Below are positions 27,620 to 40,597 of a DNA stretch of 64,000 nt, one piece after another. Numbering within the stretch: position 1 is the stretch's first letter; every line of letters starts with the position of its first letter. The stretch lies in assembly GCA_963693365.1 (NCBI GenBank), contig CAVNZM010000005.1, positions 7,200,710 through 7,264,709 of the forward strand, read 5' to 3'. The notes beneath the pieces were generated by a model. That model saw nothing but the letters and a program-made list of their open reading frames with translations, made no database searches and was not told the DNA's origin. Made by a program: the position numbers and the translations under genes. Origin of the DNA: Amoebidium appalachense (Eukaryota > Protista > Ichthyosporea).

Positions 27620-27770
27620 GTACACATATTCATACACATCACAAGACAAAGGAATACAGAGGCACATACACATATTCATAATCATCACAAGACAAAGGAA
27701 TACAGAAGCACATACACATATTCATACACATCACAAGACAAAGGAATACAGAAGCACATACACACCCACA
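27620..27770. repeat. ~45-bp tandem repeat, 3 copies (intronic)
   Basis: atcacaagacaaaggaatacagaRgcacatacac repeated three times. Confidence 0.85.
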
Positions 27771-27799
27771 CGACCCAAGAAGAAGTTCGCTGCATTCGG

Positions 27800-27836
<37 letters not shown>

Positions 27837-27900
27837 TAAATGGCTCTTCGTGGGCTTCACCGTTGTCCCCTTCGTGTTTCCTTATACTGGCTGCCACATA

Positions 27901-27939
<39 letters not shown>

Positions 27940-27961
27940 CATCCCCCTTTGCCCCCCCCCC

Positions 27962-28112
27962 CCGACTTGGGTCCTCCCTGAGGATGGGCTCTGCTTATGA
28001 CGCATACTGTGCACATGGCTGATGTTGCATACTTGAATGTTTGCCTTTGCATGTGTCCTGCACCATGCTTCTCGTCGTGTATGCGTACTTTGTACCGTGT
28101 TCCGCATTCAAA
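27962..28112 (+). repeat. Structured dispersed repeat family, copy F (opposite orientation, 5'-truncated)
   Basis: gacttggGTCctccCTGAGGAtgggctctgcttatgacgcatactgtgc… is the reverse complement match to 49597-49733. Confidence 0.85.
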
Positions 28113-28387
28113 ACCCCCCCCCCCCCCTCCCCCCCGGGCAATCAAGGCACCCCCGGATTTGTTCTATGCATTCCATAGGAGCCTCTGTACGCCCCATTTC
28201 ATGAAATTTGACCGCTATCCAACGACTATCTCACCCCACAGATATCTCACCGGCAACCAGCTGACCAGTGAGTCTTCGGCTGAAAACTACGTCAGAGCCC
28301 TGCGGGCCGGCTGCAGATGTATCGAAAGTGAGTATCAACCCCCCCCCCCCCCCCCCCCCTCGCCCATCTCCCCCTCCCGGCTTAGTT

Positions 28388-28426
<39 letters not shown>

Positions 28427-29095
28427 ACACACACACAAAAAAAAAATTTACACGTTTCCTCACACCTTCCGCAGCTTTGCATTAACACTTCCCCCCCAAG
28501 TGTGCACCCCTTCCCCCTCCCCCCCCCCCCCCCTCCCCCGCCCCCCTTTACCCCCCCCTAACCCCACTCCCCTGGAATTTGAATTGTTAGCACCGAGCAT
28601 ACCCATCCATCTTTCACAACCAGGCATCATGTGGCCCTTCCCCTTATTTTTTTATTTTATTTTATCCCGTTTCACTCCCGGCGAGGCACTGCCTCAGGGG
28701 AGCTTACCGTCTTCCGCCTAGACACAGATCGTACTGTATAGCACACTCATAAGTCAGGATTCTAATTGACTGCAACTGGCACTATTTTTAGTTACGCCTT
28801 ATCCCACGGTTCTAGCCGCAGCAACGCTAGTGGGGAAGTGAGCACAGCTCCCTTTAACAACACCAGGCGGGAGCGACCCGGGACACATACACAAACATAA
28901 AGACTTGAAAGGGAAGACCCCATGCCCAGGACGCTGACCCGAACCGTGGCCGGTGACTCGGATTGGTCTCCCACTTGAACGTTGGGCCGGGATGCCCAAG
29001 CGGCGCGCCGTCGACGTCAGAGGGCCGGTGCTGTTCATGACGTCATGTCTTGCGGCCGGATGATAACAAATTGGTGGTGCTGCTTGACGTGGTCT

Positions 29096-29395
29096 GGGGG
29101 TTTACACACTTTTTATTGCGTGGACACTGCCGGAGGCCCAGCCACATTCGACGGCCTACTGCGTTTTCCAGCGCAGCCAATCAAATGCAGCCAGTGACAT
29201 ATGTACATGCTAGGCAACAATGAGCGCCATCGTAGTATATGACACCCCTATTCCATATTATGGGTAAGCAGAGGCTAGCATCGGTAGCTCCGAAAGAAAG
29301 TTAAGGCACCGGATCACAATATCATACTGTGCAGCATTAATAAGGTGATCTAGGATAGTCATCTTAAAACGGATATATTGAGGAAGAGAGGAAGA
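29096..29395 (-). mobile_element. 5'-truncated copy of the LINE 3' end (ORF2 C-terminus plus 3' flank)
   Basis: Highly similar to 37464-37770. Encodes LPQYIRFKMTILDHLINAAQYDIVIRCLNFLSEL…*, homologous to ILDFILNTRNYDLFIRCIDWL at ~40120-40190. Confidence 0.85.
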
Positions 29396-29454
29396 AAGGG
29401 TGATGGCTTCTAGGGGGCGGCCAGACCGGTGGACCGTCGAGGCAGAACAAAAAT

Positions 29455-29527
29455 CGGAAGTAACCAGGATCGATCCTGCGACTTTGAACTTGACACGCGG
29501 AGATCTTACCATTGCACCAACCCGCCC
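29455..29527 (-). pseudogene. Degenerate tRNA-like sequence (tRNA pseudogene or SINE head)
   Basis: On the - strand: A-box TGGTGCAATGGT, T-arm CAGG-ATCGAT-CCTG (B-box-like), then TTTTT. Acceptor and anticodon stems pair poorly. Confidence 0.65.
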
Positions 29528-29571
29528 CCCCGGCCCTTCCCCTTACTGTATTTCTCTTACCGTACATACAT

Positions 29572-29607
<36 letters not shown>

Positions 29608-29654
29608 AGACACACACACACACACACGCACACACACACACACACACACACACG

Positions 29655-29715
<61 letters not shown>

Positions 29716-29929
29716 GTGCACACACATGCGTGCCCCCCCCCCCCCCCCCCCCCCTTCTTCCGCACCCCCCCCCCCCCCCTCCCCCCCCCCTCCCCCCCCC
29801 CCCCCCCCCCCTCATGTGCATGCCTACTCGTTGTTTGTGCTTTGGACTCTGCCTCGTGTTGTCTCTTAGACTGTTTCGTTCTCAATAAAACATTCTTACA
29901 ATGGCCAACCTCCCTCCCCTCAACTCCCC

Positions 29930-29970
<41 letters not shown>

Positions 29971-31826
29971 CACACACACAGTTGACGTCTGGGACCCCCC
30001 ATGGGAGACCGGTGGGGAACCAATTGTAACACACGGATTTACGGGGTGCGGGCAGATTCCGCTGCGTTCCACCATGCGCGCAGTAGCAAAGCACGGGTTC
30101 TCCACCTCCGATTATCCAATCATCTTGTCGATTAAAAACCACTGCAATGTGCACAATCAGGAGATCATGGCGCAGATATTTAGGGAGGAATTAGGAGATC
30201 TGCTCTGTGATTCGCCGATCGGACCCAATGGAATGAATGGAATGCTGCAATCGTTGCCATCACCTGAAGAGTTGAAGAAAAAGATTATTTTGAAGGTACG
30301 GATTTCGATTGTGTCACTTTGCTCGCACCTGGGGAAAAATTGGTCATAAATCGTAAACAATTCCCCCCACCTTCCTCCCCCCCCTCCCCCCTCCCCCTCC
30401 CCCCCCCCCCCCCCCTCCTATTCCCCCCACTCCGAGGGCCCCATCCCTACCCTCCTCTTCCCATCTCCCATGAGCTGCGCATGCCTCAAAACGGAGAGGC
30501 ACCTTCATACACACACACACCCTCTCTCTCCCCTCCCCACAAACCTCCCCCCCTGCCTCCCTTTTGCCCTACCTCCCCGCCCCCTCTCTCCTTCCCATTC
30601 CCTCCTCCCCCCCCCCCCTCTCCCTCCCCCCCTCCCCCCCCCCCCCTTCTTCCCCCCCCCCCCCTCCCCCCCCCCACCACCCCTTGCACCCTCCCCTTCC
30701 TCTCCTCCCTTTCCCCACCCATTTCCGTTTCTGGGGCAAAACTTCCAACTGTTGTCTTGCTGTTTGATGCGTCTACCAAGGTGGCCCATTAACCAACATA
30801 GTCCTTCCATTTTTTTAGTTTCAATTTTCAATTAAATCACTTATATAACAAAATTATTTTCCCATGCCAGGACCAAAAAGGAAACCACATCCAGCATCGA
30901 GCCAGATCTGCAAGGTTGCCCCCCCCCCCCCCCCCCCCTCCTCCCCCCCCCCCCACACACACACATAACACCCCCCACGCCCCCCTCCCTCCCCCCCCCC
31001 CCCCCCCCCCCCAAAAACCTCCGCACCCCCCTTTCCCCACACACGCCTCTTTCATTGTCACATACACATCACCTTATCCCCCTTCCCCTCCCCCTCCCCC
31101 CCACCCCCTCCCCCCCTCTTCCCCCTCTCCCCCGTTCCCTCTCACCCTCCCAGGTGCATGCATGCACACACACGCAGGCACTCAAGCACACATACACACA
31201 CGCACTCGCAATCACACACCCGTCCACACGTACACAGACACCCAGACTCGTGCATCTGCCCTGCCTGTATTGGGAATGAGTTACCTGGCCAGTAGGGCCA
31301 CTTGGGGCCACTGAAAAGCAGTCGACTGGGTGTGTTACGTTTTACTACTGTTCAAAGGTGTTTTTATTCTATATTCTTGTTGTGCATTCTCATAATAATC
31401 AGTATTATGATCACTATTTACCTTTGGGGAAGGGTAGATGCCCCCAGGAGAAGGAGGTGGGGAGGAAGGGGGTGGGAGGGGAGGAGGGGATGGGTGGAGG
31501 GAGGGGGGAGGGGAGAAAGGGGGGGGGGGGAGGGGAGGGGGATAAGCTCTCGAAATGAGCATGGCTAGAAACACATAAACACATGTGACAGACACATACA
31601 CACCATGACCAAAAAAGACAATTTCCATATTTTTAACTAACCGTAGCATAGCAGCAGGAGGGAGGATGATCCCCCAGATGAGGATGAGGTAGAGGAGAGG
31701 GTCTACATTGGAAACCTCTACATCAAGGCACCCCCGGATGTGCCTGTGTGTTGACCCCCCTCCCCCCCCCCCCTCCCCCCCTCCCCCCCTCCCCCCCCCC
31801 CCCCCCACACACTCCTCTCTCTCTCT

Positions 31827-31884
<58 letters not shown>

Positions 31885-32179
31885 CCGCCCCCCTCTCCCT
31901 CCCCCCCCCCCCCCCCTTCCCCTCGGTACATTGTAAAGGCCTTGTTTTGTGGGTTTGTGCGTGTGTTCGTGTGCAAATGTGTTCAATAGGTGTGTAGTAT
32001 GTGTGTAAGTACGTGTGTAAGTGCATGTGTTCGCGATGCATGCACGTGTTCGTGTGTGGGTGTGTGTGCGCTTGTGTGCCTGCAGTTACACAAGTGCATC
32101 TTCATGTTGGTGTGTGCTTTCCCTTGCACATACACACACAGAGGGAGAGACACGCCGATGCATACACACACACACACAT

Positions 32180-32250
<71 letters not shown>

Positions 32251-32388
32251 CGCGCGCGCACACACACAACCCCCCCACACACACAACACACCACACGCAC
32301 ACATCTTTGCCCATCAGTCCCCTTCCCCTACTCCCTAAACACTTCCACTTTCAAGTGTGGGGTTTAACGGGAAGCATTAAAGCAAGGT

Positions 32389-32643
32389 CCGTATCTACCA
32401 TTTTAGCGTCTGGGCGGCGAGCCACATTGGCGACGTCATTCTGGGCCTCTTTTTCACGCAGCCGTTTAGGTGCCCAGGAATTGGCGTGAAAATAGCCGGG
32501 GTGACGGCAGCCTTTGTCAGATGTCGACATAAGCCAGCCTCGGTATTTGACACAGATTGATAATATCTACTGATTGGCCAGAGCCGTCTGAGAAATGTGG
32601 CTCTCGGCTGCTTGCTGCTCAGACGCTAAAATGGTAGATACGG
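32389..32643. mobile_element. MITE, 255 bp, 24-bp perfect TIRs, 4-bp AGGT target-site duplication
   Basis: ccgtatctaccattttagcgtctg … cagacgctaaaatggtagatacgg, flanked by aggt at 32385-32388 and 32644-32647. Confidence 0.9.
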
Positions 32644-32875
32644 AGGTTGGTTTAAGGGGAAAGCAGAGAGATTAAGCAAGGAGGATAGGACTCCAATCCA
32701 CACACACATGCACAAAGTGGATCCAGCCAACATTTCTGCACGGGTTCACACCCCTCACCTGCCGATGTCTCATTATTTCTCCAAACTACCCACAGGCATT
32801 TACAAGATTTTTTGCTGTGTTGACCCCTGACTCTCTGATGCTCTACGGAGAAACCATCCCCAATGCGGTATGTAG

Positions 32876-32911
<36 letters not shown>

Positions 32912-34028
32912 CGGGGCACACTCCCCGGTGGTTCCTTTCCCCCCTCCTCCCTCCTTTCCTCCTCTTCTCCTTCTGTTGCCCTTTGTGTGTCAGTGCATGC
33001 TTGCAACTCCTTCTGCACTAGAGCATATTGCTCACTGTGTGCATCTTCAAGGGTTACTGCATATACCCCCCCCCCCCCCCCCCCAGCCCCTCCCCACCTC
33101 CCCCCCTCCCCACCTCCCTCCCTCCCCCCCCCCCCCTCCCCCCCCCCCCCCCCCCCCCCCCAAACAACCACCACCATTAGCCACTTCTCATCCGTTCGTT
33201 GTTGCATGCCGTACTTAAAGTCCACAAACGGTGATTTTTTTTGTAAAGCCTGGTGTTACCTAAAAAAAAATCTAATCTAGAGGCGCCCCCCCTCTCCACG
33301 TGCCCACCCCTCACCCCCTCCCTACACCCCATCCATGCCAACTTTACTCCCCCCCCCCCCCCCCCTTCCCCCCTTTGCCCCCTCTCCCTTCCTCTGGTCT
33401 TCAGGAAGCAACACAGCCGCTCTTTGTTGAGGATTTAACCGACAGTATGACAGGCACAGTGGGTGAGGAGGAGGGGCCAGATGACCACCTGGACAAAGAG
33501 TATGAGGAGGGGGGGGGGGGGGGGGGGAGGGTAGGGGGGAGAGGGGGGGGGGGGGTGGAAGAGATTTCAAGGTGGAGGGGGGTTGTGGAGTAGGGAAGGT
33601 GATAGGCAGTGGTAGTGATGGATGTATATGAGAACATGATCTGGGGTAGTTGTATGCGGAGGTTTCTTTTCTTTTCTCTTTCTTTCTTTCTTTTTTTTGG
33701 TGGCTGTAAGGTTGGCGCATATAGGATAAGGCATTTTTTTCTCCGAGTGTGTAATGTTAAGATAATTTTGGGGCATCCTTTCGGTAGTAGGGACAGAGGG
33801 CAGTAAAGAATTAGTTGTCGGAGCGCATTGGCGCTTGGTCGTATTTTAATGTTTTAATATTTTAATTAATAGATCCCGAGTCTCAATTGGTTCTTTTACG
33901 CAGATGGTATTATCCACACGAGACAGCCGACGGTGCGCGAAGAAAGCTGGAGGATGTGGGGAGAGACGGATGCTTCCTGGTCAGACAGAGGGAGGACGAG
34001 GGGTGTGCACTGTGTGTGTGGTAGGTGG

Positions 34029-34120
<92 letters not shown>

Positions 34121-34610
34121 ATGTCGTGCCTGTGATATGTATGTGCGGCTGTGTCTGCGTGTATGAGGGAGAGAGGGGGGGGGGGGGGGGGGGGGAAGGG
34201 AGAGAAAGAGAGAGAGAGAGAGTGTGTGTACCATTGCGGGAGGGGGGGAGGGGGAGGGGGAGAAAGGGGACATTTTTTGTGGCCCTTTCTCGTGAGAGAA
34301 AGGAAGGCATCTCCTTCCTTGCCTGATTCGACAAAAGTAGGTTGTTGTCACATTTCTTTAAGATGTGGCTTCGCTCTTGGGAGTGTGGCAACCACACACG
34401 ACCACCATATGAGTGCACACGGCTATAGGCCTGTATGCAAACATGCACACACACGGGTGGACGCGACACGGACAGAAACACAACATGCACACATGCACAC
34501 AGCACACACGCGCACACCCACATACATACATGCGTGCTCATGCACACATACACACACGCGCACATGGACATGCGCGCGCACACACACACGTGCACACACA
34601 CACACGCACG

Positions 34611-34720
<110 letters not shown>

Positions 34721-35157
34721 GTGTCAGCAACCTATATATCCTATTACAACCACAATCTATGTATTTAAACTGCTTTCATCCCCCTGCCGAGTTGGTGGAT
34801 TTTTTCTCCCCCCAGAGCTCATTCCTAGATTAACCAATCAACAGGGTCGGTGGGAGGGCCAAGAAACTGAGCATCGAATCAGACGAGAATGGCTGCTTTG
34901 TGGTTGCAGGCCAGTGCTTTGCTACTATACCGCTAATGGTGCAGGCACGTCTTGTGTGTCCCCCCCTTTTTTTTGGTGGTGGTGGTGGGGAGAGGGGGAG
35001 GAGGGGGGGGGAGGAGGGGGTGGGTATGCAAACAGAAGGGCGATGTATGTATAGAATGATCTATGTGTATGTTACTTTCCTCTCTTCCTTTTCTTTTCTT
35101 TTTTCGTTTCTAACGGTTGGGGACGGAGGGAGAGGGCGGGAGAGGGGAGGTGGGAGG

Positions 35158-35189
<32 letters not shown>

Positions 35190-35407
35190 ATGACCAAGGG
35201 AATGGGTTGACATAACTGTATGCCTTTATGGTTGGGCCAGCGGATGGTGTATGTTTCTGTTTCCTACTGACAGCTAGTCGTTTTCGTTCCAAGGGCATAT
35301 CGCTGTGGGGATGTCTTCTTCATACAGATAAGTTTAAATGATGTGACGTAGGGAAATACATAGGCTGACAGAAAGGGGAAGAAGAGGGGGGAGGGGGGAG
35401 GGGGGGG

Positions 35408-35442
<35 letters not shown>

Positions 35443-35518
35443 GGGGGGGTGGGAGGGGGGGGGGGGGGGGGGCTTTTCGTATCTGGATGTATGCAATCAA
35501 GGGGAAGCCTAGGAACTG

Positions 35519-35565
<47 letters not shown>

Positions 35566-35816
35566 TTTTCCCCTAGCCCACCCGCTCATCCATTTTCCTC
35601 CCCACCATCACCACTACTTCCATCTTTGTAATGCACCTCTTGCGCCTTTCGCCCCCTCCTCTCCCTCCATCTCCCCCCCCCCCCCCCCCAACCACCCTTC
35701 CCCCCACCTCCTTCCTCCCCCCTCCCTCCACCTCCGCCCCCTCCCCCCCCCCCCCCCCCCCCCAAGGCCTACCCAACATACACACACACGCAGGAACTTA
35801 TGCATGTACATGAATT

Positions 35817-35920
<104 letters not shown>

Positions 35921-35952
35921 GCACGCACGCACACACGCACACACACGCACAC

Positions 35953-35983
<31 letters not shown>

Positions 35984-37463
35984 GCACTATCAACAGACGC
36001 GACTGCACCTGAAGGATGAGGGTCGTTCGACGTTTCTTACTGAGCCAATAAGATTGGTAAGTGACACCACAACTCCATCGAATAAACCAATATCGCTGAT
36101 CACATACAAATTTGTGTGGTTGGTGCAGACTTCGTTTTTGTAGAGAGGGAGAAGACACGGAGCACCCCGCGCGGGGGGAGAGGGGGGGGGGGGGGGTCCT
36201 TTTTATTTCAACACAGTGCATCTTTTTACCGCACAAATCCTCATTTTCGCTTGCCCTCACGCCCCTCCCCTCACGTTCCTCCCCTCCGTCCCCCTTCCAC
36301 TCTTCAAGTGCACTCTACCTGCACAACTGTTTTGTGTTTTTGCATTTGTGGAGTTCACAGGCTTTTACTTTCTGTTGTTGCCACCCATTAATGTAGAGGT
36401 GTTACTCTCTCCCCCCTCCCCCCCCCCACACCCCACCCCCCGCCCCCCCCACCCCCCCTCCCCCCCGCCCGCCCGCCCCACATGTACACACACACATACA
36501 GATCCCAAATATCCGGGAGACTGGTCACCTGTACGCCAAATACGATTGGTTCAATGGACCAATAGACAGCGAGACGGTGGACTCTCAGCTCCAACCAATT
36601 CCGGCCGATGAGAGTTTTCTGGTTCGATCCGGCCCGGGGTTCTTTGAGATTGCATACAAGTAATATCCCCCAGCCCCCCCCCCCCCCCCCCCCCCCCCCC
36701 TTCTCCTTCCCTGCCCGCCCCCCCTCCCCCCCCCCCGGGGGGGGGGGGGGTGGGCACCACCATGACCATTGGAATAATTTGGTACTTCTTCGCCCATTGC
36801 TCAACCCCTGCCTTCCGTTGCCCTCTCACAGCCACGTGTGTGTACGAGCACACACGTGCACACACACACATGAAGGACTCCCGCCCCCCCTCCTTCTCTC
36901 GCCTACACGCACACGGCAGCATATCGTTTACACAGCCACTCGCTCACTCTCATTCCTCTTTTTAAAACTCACCAACACATGCTCTTCGCTCCACACGCAC
37001 ACACACAGACACTCACACAATGGCTTACACCTCTGCCTAAACATAGGAGTGGACCTACGGTTCAGCGCAAGCGACTAGTGTTCAATGGGCACTTCTACCG
37101 TGTGAGTGACCACACAAAGCGGTTTGTGTCTGTGCGTGATCAACCACTACGGCAAGCACCCGATTGACGGGGCCACACGACTGAGACATCCTGTCTGCTC
37201 AAAGGTGGTTAGCAACAACAACCCTCCCCCTGCTCTCACCCTCTCAAACCCCCTCCCCTCCCCTCCCCTCCCCCTCCCCTCCCCCATTATATGTGTACAT
37301 CACCCACCCCCCCAAACCCCCCCTTTCCCCCGCCACCCCCTCCACCACCACCCCACCCCGCTTTCCCTTAGGGGATTTTATTGGATCAGCCTGAAGGTCG
37401 ATATCCGGGTCCTTTCGTTTCGAGAGTGCAACTTCGAAATTCATATATGATAGGAGAGATGTT

Positions 37464-39425
37464 GGGGGGTTTACACACTTTTTACTGCGTGGACACTGCT
37501 GGGGGCCCAGCCACACTCGACGGCCTACAGCGTTTTCCAGCGCAGCCAATCAAATGCAGCTAGTGACATATGTACATGCTAGGCAACAATTAGCGCCATC
37601 GTAGCCTACAGTATACGACACCCCTATTACATATTATGGGTAAGCAGAGGCTAGCATCGGTAGCTCCGAAAGAAAGTTAAGGCACCGTATCACAATATCA
37701 TACTGTGCAGCATTAATAAGGTGATCTAGGATAGTCATTTTAAAACGGATATATTGAGGAAGAGAGGGAGAAAAGAGAATAAAACCGCTGAATAACCTCC
37801 GGTTCTATTACGTTAGCTAACAGGTTACACTTTTATTGATAGATATGCATCCGCGAGTAAACCACCCCCCACACATATTACACATACGAGCAGGAGACAC
37901 CAGAAACCGATTACACCGCCAAGCCATAATCATCTTTGCGCTTTTACACCACACCACATTACGAATAAACGAATCTATGTAGGAACGAGACTCTCTAACC
38001 GTATCCGCCATATAGGCTACTAGTAGTTGGTGTTTTTGCGGTCCTAACACAGGAAGGGACTCAACACGTAGAGTAAAAAGATATCTATCAGCCATAGACT
38101 TGAAACTCCTTACGCGAGGATTCATATTCACACTATGATCTAGCCGTACCTCCGGTGGGGTCGCCAGCCATTCCGCATAACGCTCGACAATGGGCAGAGA
38201 CGATGTGGAAGGGAAGAGGTAGAGGGGCGAGTCCGGCGGGGATGCGTGTAGCCGGAAGAGCGGGTGGTCCGGGGCACAAGCGGACAGGCGGGTGATGTCC
38301 TCGTGAAATTTAAGGGCTAATTCGTGTACGCGTTGTGATGGTGGTGTGAGTGCGTAGAGAGAATCAAAAAGGCGTCTAGGGATAGGTGTGGAAAGACCAG
38401 TGAGAAACGTACAACAAGTTGTGTAGTGGAAATCATCTATTGATTGGAGGACATTATCAACAGTATCAGGGGGTGCCATAGCTAGTAAGGGCAACCCGTA
38501 TTCAGACAAAGGGCGAATATATGTGCGAAATATACTAAGACGGTTGTATAGGTGTACGGTATTAGAAAGATTAGCAAGATACACATCCCTAAATAACCGA
38601 AGACACGCCGACGGTCGATCATCCGTTTGAAACATATGCCCCATTCGTCCACCGGAATCCCCAAATACTTGTATTCGATTGGGCGAGGGAGGGGACTGCC
38701 GAAAATACAAACGTCGTCCCAGGTTGTGATGGATTTTGATACCAGGGCACACTTTCTAACGTTAACCTTCATATCATTACGCTGGCACCAGTGTTCAACC
38801 ACACGTATATATTGCCGTTATTCGATAGGATCGGATGACATAAGCACAATATTGTCGGCGAAAAAGAGGGCGGGTGGGGCCTTGGAAGGCAACCCCCCGT
38901 CAATTTGTGCCGCAGAAAGGGCGTCAGCCAAATTGTCAATATACAGGAAAAAAGAAGTGGGCTTAGCAGGGACCCCTGTAGTATCCCGCGCGTGCGGGTA
39001 AATCCCGGGGACAGCTACCCATTAACCACCGCCCGTCCGCACGTAAACGTAGCATAGCTTCCAGTAGCCGACCCATTTGGGATGGGACACTGCGGGTGGC
39101 CAGCTTGGCCCACAAGCGAGGGAGGTCGACCGTGTCGTACGCATTCCTGAAGTCGATAAAGACGAGGTGCTTGGTATCACCATGGGTTGCGTTGTGTAGT
39201 GTGAGAATTTGAGCGTAACACGAGTGACGATTCCGAAACGCCGCCTGAAGTGGGCTCAGCTGGGAAGCCTGCTTAAGGGTGGGATTACGAGAAAGGGCCT
39301 GTAGAAGGCCACTTTCAAACAACCGGCGAAAGACCGACGTAAGTGTGATAGGGCGAAATTTGTGAATGGGACCCCGTGCAACAGTTTTCTTAATGGAAAA
39401 CACAACTGTTGTAAACCTGGGCCTG
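37464..39425 (-). mobile_element. Degenerate non-LTR retrotransposon (LINE): RT core, C-terminal region and 3' end
   Basis: FRPITLTSVFRRLFE, QAAFR, LVFIDFRNAYDTV, GLLQGSLLSP, LFFADN (YADD motif decayed), KVNVRKC, YKYLGI, spread over several frameshifted ORFs. Confidence 0.93.
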
Positions 39426-40210
39426 TAACGCTCTCGATATATGGTCTGGTCCCAATAGCTGCTAGAGTATCCCATCTCGCGCTGAAATTCAATAATCACA
39501 TAAGCCGCTTAAAGAAGTATTTGCCCTCCCACCCTTTCTTCTCTATCCGACCTGTCCCCTCCTCACCTCTCCCCTCTTTCCTTCCCTCTCTCTCTCCTTC
39601 TCCCCCGGGCACAAATACAAATAAACCCCGCAAAAGTGTGCGTGTGACTTTGGACTGCCACTTACTTATTAAACATGTACACAATCACAAGATAATCACG
39701 CAATATAACAAATGGAAAAAGATACCACACGACACTAGACCCGATGAAAGCAGACACCTTGAAAAACTAAGCCTTATGTCTCGTTTTATATATAATGACC
39801 GCCTCAACCATATTGCCAAATATGGCACTCGCAAATGTATAACACCTAAATACATATTACCTTCCTGTAGAACTGGTCTTTCTCTAAGCTGATGGTATTA
39901 TTGATCAATTACCACGCTTTTACTGTACACATGCTATACAATGGAGATCTAATAAGTATAAGGTGGCATCGTTTGCATGCCCAAACAACACACACACACA
40001 CCAGTTTAAATGGTCATGTATCGCCAAATGTAGTTTGATAGACCACATAATACCGCAACACACACACGTCACATTCACAACAGACACCCAGAAAGATAGC
40101 CTACCTGTAAATTACAACATCCTTGATTTTATACTAAACACGCGTAACTACGACCTGTTTATTAGATGTATTGATTGGCTTGAGAAACACATCACTACAA
40201 AATTCTAGCG

Positions 40211-40296
<86 letters not shown>
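39426..40296 (+). mobile_element. 3' fragment of a related LINE in opposite orientation, ending in (CA)n
   Basis: IYGLVPIAARVSHLALKF matches LYALTPPSQRVHELALKF of the - strand LINE. C-terminus ILDFILNTRNYDLFIRCIDWL*, then a CA tract. Confidence 0.75.
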
Positions 40297-40297
<1 letters not shown>

Positions 40298-40323
40298 CCA
40301 GCTGATACCGAGTGTCGGCAGGG

Positions 40324-40405
<82 letters not shown>

Positions 40406-40597
40406 GGGGAACCCAAACTAATCGATTTTTTCTTAGTCTTTATGGTGTCTCATAGAGATAGTAAACCCTGATATATAGTCATCACCCGACATCTATGTAC
40501 GTGATCATGATATACCGCTGAGGGGATATTATGAGCAAAACCCCCCCATACCTGAGACTGGTCTCTCTTTGCCTCGAGTAAACAGCGTAAACCCCCA

